The notes beneath the pieces were generated by a model. That model did no database searches, was not told the origin of the DNA, and saw nothing but the letters and a program-made list of their open reading frames with translations. Below, in pieces: positions 57,051 through 64,000 of a stretch of 64,000 bases of DNA; the first letter of the stretch is position 1, and every line of letters starts with the position of its first letter. The DNA lies in NCBI GenBank assembly GCA_964057225.1, contig OZ059896.1, positions 13,330,001 to 13,394,000 of the forward strand, read 5' to 3'. The translations under genes and the position numbers were made by a program. The stretch is from Auanema rhodensis (lineage: Eukaryota; Animalia; Nematoda).

Positions 57051-58166
57051 CTGAAAAATGGCTTTCAAATATAAAAATTAATATTGTTTCAATCATTCCT
57101 TTGACAGATATCTATTGTCACAAAAAAAGTAGAATAAGGACTTGTATTTTTGAATCTACCTGGGATTACAGCGTAAATGACAAGAGGTGTTTGTCGCAGG
57201 ATAAAAGAAAAAAATGAGATTCAAAATATTTCAGATATAACATCTGTTGCTCCTTCCTTAAATCAAACATTTAAAACCATATATAATTTTTTTTCATAAA
57301 GAAAGCATTGAAGTTGAGATCGAACATGTTGATATGAAACATAGTGAGAGAACATGCGACACGCGCCATTTTTACAGACGCTCTCGTTTCAAAACCCATC
57401 ACCGAGATCTTATCAAACAAGGCGGTAAAGATTTTGAGCAACTTTTTTCAAAAGAAAATAAATTTTATGACACATTTGCCCTCGTGTTAAAATACTGTCA
57501 AGCCATTTAGGTCGGCTACCTGAAGTTTTGATTCATTTTGATTTAGCGACGAAAACAATTTTGAAAAAATGATTTTTTCTTTCAGCTATAGGGCAAGCCA
57601 ATATTTTCTATTCCAAAATAAAAGAAATTCAGAGGAAATAGATCTAGCCCATTTCCATATCCATTGTTTCATTAAATATTGGATCCATATATAAGGATTA
57701 CGGTAATATTTATATTCAATGAGAAGCTTGCAACCTAGAATAACTTTGTAAATATTCTATTGAATTCAATGTGATTTCAATGAGTTTACATATATAATAA
57801 TCATAAATATAAGGCTATATGGAAATATTTTTAAACTAAAAAGATAAATTTTATTATTTCTCAAAAATGGGGATATTTAAACGATCATGAATCTTCGTTT
57901 AATTAATAATCTAAAAATAATATTGATTTGATTATTATTAAAATTTGAAGCTTTCATTTAACAATTTATTTATTTTTATAATCAATAATTGATATGATAT
58001 GATACAAAACATAATGAAAACGAAAAGCAATATGCTTAACTGAAAAGAAAAAAATAAAACGTTTAGAGATCAAAGAGATCATAATTTGAGAAAAACATTT
58101 TCTCTCGAGATTTTCATCTGAAAACATTGGCATTTGAAAGAATATAATAGACTTTATAAAGTCCGC

Positions 58167-61100
58167 TTAATCGTCATCATTTTCTAACGGTACAAAAGAT
58201 TCACGATCACTAGCTACTTTCCCCAGCTTGTTTGACCCAAAGAGCTTCCTTTTTCCTTTAGAAAACATAACACGGTCCTACGAATACTAATCATTAAGTT
58301 GCCATTCTGTTCTACTTACCTCTTCTTCTTCATCTTCATCTTCAATTCCACAAGTTTCAGCTTCTGGCAATTCACCATTTCTTGATTCTATTAAACGAGT
58401 GTATCGATATTCCAATCTGAAACAAACTTGAATTCCCGGCGAAACTTCGAATCATACCTTCTATTTCTTTTATAGATAGATACCAAAGTCATGCTTAATA
58501 TTATCAAAAGAATAACTGCAAAAACAATTAGGAATTTCTCTCCTTTGCTTAATACAGAGCATTCTTCTTCGTGAGACTGTGCTTCTTTGCCTGATAGTAC
58601 ACAGTGTCTGAAAGGAAAACATAAATTTTAATATAATTAGTTATTGAAACTAACTTTTCGGGAATAAAATGAATTACTTGTTTACCGTGCACACATTCTC
58701 CTTTAATTTTTTGATAACTGCCAGAACTACAAACTGGACATCCCTGCAATAAAGACAATTTTGTGAAATCTCCTCAACCTTTACATTAAATATAATAGCT
58801 GAGAATAAAAATTAAAGTCGGAAATCTTAATTCAAAAATTAAATTGAAGACAATAATTTACCTGAGAAGATTCTATTATAACATGAAAGAGGCAACCGTC
58901 ACATGTACCATCAGGACAAGTATGTGGTAAACGAGCCTATAAAGAATAACCTAGTGAAAAAAAAAGAGATGAAATGTTAACATTTAGAGTTTTCTGAGTT
59001 GGAGAACATCTTACAGTAACTACAAGAATATTGCCTTGAGGGCACATTTCGGTAGTTCCCCCAACAGGTTCAAACCAGAAATGTGTATCAAGAGGACGAC
59101 TAGTATTATCAATTCCATCTAAAAACGAATATTAATTAAATAAATTTCAAAATATTCACCATATTCCAATAACTGATCAGTCAGTATCCAACCATTTCTT
59201 CTTCTATTTGCTGATATTTCTTCTAAACGACTAGCCAAACTAAAAAATTGAAATTAAAACGAAAATTTGAAATCGACACGAACAGTAATGGTGACACATA
59301 AGCTATGGATGTTTTATTTCCAGATGTTTCAGGTAAAACGGTCAAACGACATCCCGCTCCTTCAACAGATTCATTCACCTAAATATCATTGAAAATGAGT
59401 TTAAGCGAACGTGTACAATGATACCTGATCATACAGAGGCATAATACCATCAAAAGCTACAGTACATTGTACCGTTTCCTTATTGAAAATACTAATATTG
59501 AATGAATGATAATAGGAAATCCCTTCTCGGGCAAATACTTTTACACCATGGACTACAAAAGTTCTGAAAATGTATATGTTGCTACTCAATATTCAATATG
59601 AGGCACACTTATTTAGCCATGATGAAAAATCATAGTTTAAATTCTTCTTTCCGTTGTAAATCTCAACATGGCCATCTGTGGAACAACTTATACGATCGGT
59701 TGATCGCAAATTATTTCCGCAAGGAATACATACATTGCCACCATTTGAATAAGATGTATTAACTATCTGATTTTCAGGACAATTTACACAAATATGTCGC
59801 TAAAAACAAAATATAATTCAATTTTCTGGAGTTATAGTTTACCGACGGATCCATGTAATGTCCTGTTGGACATGGAATACATCGACCATTCTGTTTACCC
59901 TTTGGACACGGTAAACATTCTGTTGCACCACCACCTTGCTTTCCATTTTTTTCTCCAATATTAGTGATATTAATTGACAAAATTCTAGCAGAATCAAATG
60001 GATTATCATCTCCCATCGGAGCACCACTACGAACAAAAGCTATCTATACCAATTCAATCAATACTTGCAAATTCTAAAATTCACTTACTAGAAATCGTGT
60101 TGGATTAGCTTTAAGAATAGCATGAGACCAAACTCTTTGGGGCTGTGTTCCATTGAAGGAAGCTAATAGCTTAGTATATGAATAATTTTTTTTAGTCGTT
60201 GAAGCGTCCTTAGTAGTTATATGTTAAAGGTTAAACGAAACGAATAACTTACCTCAAAAAAGTACAGCACACAAGAGCTGTCAGCACAAGATGTTTCAAA
60301 CACTACGGTAAATTGAGCAATGGGAGCTCGCAAAACAAAAAACTCATTAGGCGGATTACTCGGAGCATTGAATCCTGTAAAATATTTTGAAAATCTAATT
60401 AGTCTGATGAAATGCTTGAATAGCTTCAACATTATCTACAACCTTCTGGGACATCAATAATCAATTCTAATGCTATTCCTTTTTGCAGAGATGGTGCAGA
60501 TATGAGCATAGATCCCGATGGTAGCCAAGCTTCACCAATATTACAACTGTATAAGACTTCTACAATTACAAATTTATACCAAAAAACGGAAATAAATAAC
60601 CACCTTCGTTAATATATTCGCATCTCGTTGATAAATAAGAAGGAAGTTCTTCCCATTGAACGAACTGATATCCGTAATTAGGCATTGTTTCAGCAGCACA
60701 TTCCTTACACTCTATTTTTAGAGAAATTAAAATTAATAAGTTATTGTAAAATTACCGTTGCCGTCTGAGTAGAATCCTGTCAAGCAAAACACACATTTTC
60801 CTTTTGAATCTTTGCCCATGCCCGGATTACATTTTGGACATGGCCTAGACGGGCTAACTGGTGGAGGCTTAATTAAGTATCAAATTCAAAAGATATAGCG
60901 AGTAAGCAAACTTTAATCGATGAAGGCAAATCTTCTCTACATATCTCCGGCTGAACTTTTTTATAAATAGTACGGGTAGTTCCATTGCTGCATGGCTCAG
61001 TTACGGGGTAGTAATCTTTTAAACTACAAGGAGGTCTATCTATACATTTATCGGACTTGGGGCCTAATTTGTAAAGAAAGCTTAATTATATTGCTTTTAT

Positions 61101-62461
61101 AAGATAACCTGAGTATTGTGATTCAGGACAGCGCCCACAAGTAGCTGATCCTTTGGTGGAAAAGAAGCCAGGGTTACAAGAAATACATTCAGCAGCCCCG
61201 AAATCAGAAAATGTCCCCGCTGGGCATGATGTACATTCACGAGTAAAGGCAAGGCCTTGAAAAATATTTTGACTGATTTTATCATTAAAAAATATGACTT
61301 ACCCACTACATCGATATGTGAAATACGTAAAGGTTCAGATGTTCTCAAATATCCACTATTTCTATAAGAAACTGTCCAACTAATAACATTGGAGCCTTAA
61401 CGAAGGTTTAACTAATGTAAAATAAATTAGAAGAAAACCTGATCGCAACTCAATACGTCTTCGTTTCCAATCACTGTTAGATGAAACCTGTTCGTTGCCC
61501 GTATTAGCTTTTGATGAATATTTATTTATCATAGATTGAAATGCTTCACTGAAAAATAATTTTCATTTTCCAAAATTTTTTGTTAAAGTATTATCATGTT
61601 TATTAACAAACTCACTTATAGCTTTGACATTGCTGATTACGTGCTTCGACTTGTAATGAAAATGATTCTCGATTATGTTTTGGCATACGAAAACCAAACT
61701 CTGCATAACCAGGTCGAACAAGGTTAGCAGAGAAAGATAGACGAGATATGCAAGGTGTAGCTATATATAATAACTCTCCATCTTTTAGTATCCATCCCGT
61801 TCTGAAAATAATATTGTTAACACGAAATAGAATATGTACAAACTCAGGAGGGCATTTCTGAGCCTTTTTTGACGCTAGGTCATCAGATATGATATCAGAA
61901 TCAGTGTCAAAGTTCTCGATGGAAAACCCGTGAGGTAAGTCAACAAACTCTTCGAAACGAATACCTCCACCAAGACTATAACTGCCTAAAACCTTCATTT
62001 TAAACCTGAAGCTTATTTGCTACATTTAGCATATATTTGATTAGTTAATGCGCAATATTACATTAATAGATTTTAACTGAATTTATATTTTATTTAGCTC
62101 ACCCGCTGAACATGATCGACATTTCTGTGTCTCTACATCCAAATAATTTCCAGGCGCACAAGAAAACGCTGAAAATATTGTTTTTTCATTAGCATCTCTC
62201 AATTTTCTTTAAACGCCATTCAACATACTGCAATTAATTCCTGTTTGAGGTAATGGAAGATTGTCACAGCTACGTCCCTCCCGGGGAACTGCTACTCTCC
62301 ATCGTTGACCTTTATCGTTACATTCAGTATATTCAAATTTGTAGTCTGTTGATGAACAATATTCAGAAGAAACAGAATAAGTTATAGAAATAAGAAACAA
62401 CCTGAAATGGGCATTTTTATTGATTTTCAATTCTTAATTTTATAATAGAATTTATTCACAT
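58167..62461 (-). CDS. ELAPOR/KIAA1324-family type I membrane protein
   Basis: CSSTDYKFEYTECNDKGQRWRVAVP, CAPGNYL, GSYSLGGGIRFEEF, Cys-rich repeats, GGGATECLPCP, MRH-like TCPDGTCDGCLFH, a TM segment, and tail KRNRRLEYRYTRL..LPEAETCGIEDEDE..PLENDDD* at 58167. Start codon uncertain (appears split by an intron). Confidence 0.88.
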
Positions 62462-63041
62462 ACACTACAGGAAATAATTAAGATATGTAGAAATCAATAC
62501 ATTTCACTAAGTCATTTATTTTCTTTAATTATTCCAACTAAATTCATATTTTTTCTTTCTTAGTATTCTTTTTCAATAATAGGATTAAGTTCCATAATTG
62601 CTTTCAAATATTAATAAAGATGCACCAATGCGTCCACTTTTCGATTTTATATTTAAATTAATCCCTTTGTATATACTGCTCTACCAATATTTCGCTCAAC
62701 TGCAAGGATTTTAAAAAAATGTTACGACCGCATTTTATATTACACGTGTGTCATCCACAGTTCAACTTGATAGCAGTAATACAAAAGTGAGTTTAGAAAA
62801 TTAAATTATATTTACGAGATAATTGCATATTAATAATGTGTGGAATACTTAGAATAGTTTAGTTATTGTAAAAAGAGGTATATTGATGCAGCTTAATTTG
62901 ATTATAAGAAGTACGAACTCACCAAAGCATGATTAGTATTTTTCGGTGCTAACAGATTAAAGCTTGAAGATTTATAATAAATACCAGAAGGATAATGCTA
63001 GCATCTGTGGATACTGAATTGTGTGAGTGTGTGATGTGTGT

Positions 63042-63149
63042 CGTTGTCTGGCTCAAGCCATTTATGCATGCTTCTTGCCTTTGGCATCAATATTCTGCTG
63101 CCATGTACCCTCTGCGTGTCTGAAGAGGGTATTGAGCAGAACCATGCAT
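63042..63149 (-). ncRNA. Candidate structured RNA (H/ACA-like: hairpin, AGAATA, hairpin, ACA)
   Basis: Nested inverted repeats TACCCTCT/AGAGGGTA and TTCTGCT/AGCAGAA. On the minus strand AGAATA (63096-63091) fits ANANNA and ACA lies at 63047-63045. Pocket spacing is imperfect. Confidence 0.25.
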
Positions 63150-63210
63150 TACTTTATAAATTAAGCTTTCATGGTACGCGTCAGGGTTTCAAATTTCAGC
63201 ATATAATAGC

Positions 63211-64000
63211 ATGCAGAATGTGTTGTTTGTAATTATATCACTCATTCTATCAGCATTGTCAATCAATGCTACTCCAAATCTGCTCTTGATATCACTCGAT
63301 GGATTCCGTGCAGATTTGCTTAATGAAACACTGGTAATTTACTGTATTAAAAATTTTATGTGAATTTTAAATGAAGGTCCCAAATATATATGAATGGGCG
63401 ACACAATCTGCTTGGTTTACTAAAGGATCTGAATCAACATATATATCCTTTACAGCTCCAAATCATATGAGCATAGCAACAGGTTCCAAAACAATCATGA
63501 TTAGTGTTGATAATGCTGCTTTTCCTTTAGGTCTTTATCAAGAAAGCCATGGTATTTTGTCAAATTATTTCTATGACACTAGAACAAAACATTTGTAAGA
63601 GTTACATGTATATGTTACTGTGTGCTTACATGTGATACTTATAGCTTTGATTATTTTAATTATACGAAAGTACCTGGGATTGTAAATTCTTCTTTGGATA
63701 CTTATTGGTTTAATGGAGAACCGATTTGGTTAACAAATGAGAGGTATTAAGAAAACACTTGAATACCTAAAAATTCTATGCTAGAGGAGGTTCTTCTCGA
63801 AGTTCCGCTGTTTTTTACTGGCCAATGAGTGAAGCTGCTTTTTCTAGTCCTCCACACCACCCTACTATGCAAAAGTTGGTATACTCTATCAGAATTTATT
63901 TATATTTGAACATAAAGAACCTGGTCGGGATATCGGAATTTCTCTGAACATCTTGAAGACGTCGACAATATCATTGACTTATTCTTAAAGAAATCAGAAC
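63211..64000 (+). CDS. Ectonucleotide pyrophosphatase/phosphodiesterase (ENPP4/5-like), 5' part, runs off the window
   Basis: TTTCAG at 63194-63199, signal peptide, LLLISLDGFRAD, catalytic-Thr motif SFTAPNHMSIATGLYQESHGILSN, WFNGEPIWLTN and FYWP. Confidence 0.9.

Noticed and set aside
58779-58798. 20-nt stop-containing microexon inside an ELAPOR intron
   Set aside because: It would leave a ~35-nt downstream intron with a weak donor, and the direct join already gives the expected ESSQ-GCPVC.
62743-62748. CACGTG as an HLH-30/TFEB site for ELAPOR
   Set aside because: Single hexamer without the TCACGTGA flanks, so chance occurrence is likely.

Overview
AT-rich, intron-dense eukaryotic DNA from a rhabditid (clade V-like) nematode. 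Most introns are about 40-60 nt, several genes have TTTCAG/TTTTAG acceptors just upstream of the ATG, and the proteins resemble C. elegans proteins. I reconstructed 16 spliced genes by hand. Minus strand, left end: a tight cluster timm-17 > hoe-1 (RNase Z) > miro-1 > TRMT10A-like that looks like an SL2-type operon. Then, left to right: mgl-3-like metabotropic glutamate receptor (+), two orphan 7TM receptors (+), eppl-1-like aminotransferase (-), spe-45-like Ig protein (+), RMI1 homolog (+), histidine acid phosphatase (+), two tandem sre chemoreceptors (-), bed-3 BED-finger factor (-), ELAPOR/KIAA1324-like protein (-), and the 5' part of an ENPP-family enzyme (+). No transposon, tRNA, rRNA or CRISPR array was recognised. 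Best leads: (1) the four-gene mitochondrial/tRNA-processing operon; (2) a regulatory module on bed-3, with an extended let-7 site and two miR-79/75 seed sites lying between two AATAAA signals, plus a possible first exon 8.4 kb upstream; (3) a structured H/ACA-like RNA candidate near 63.1 kb. Orthology calls come from my recollection of family motifs, not from a database search.
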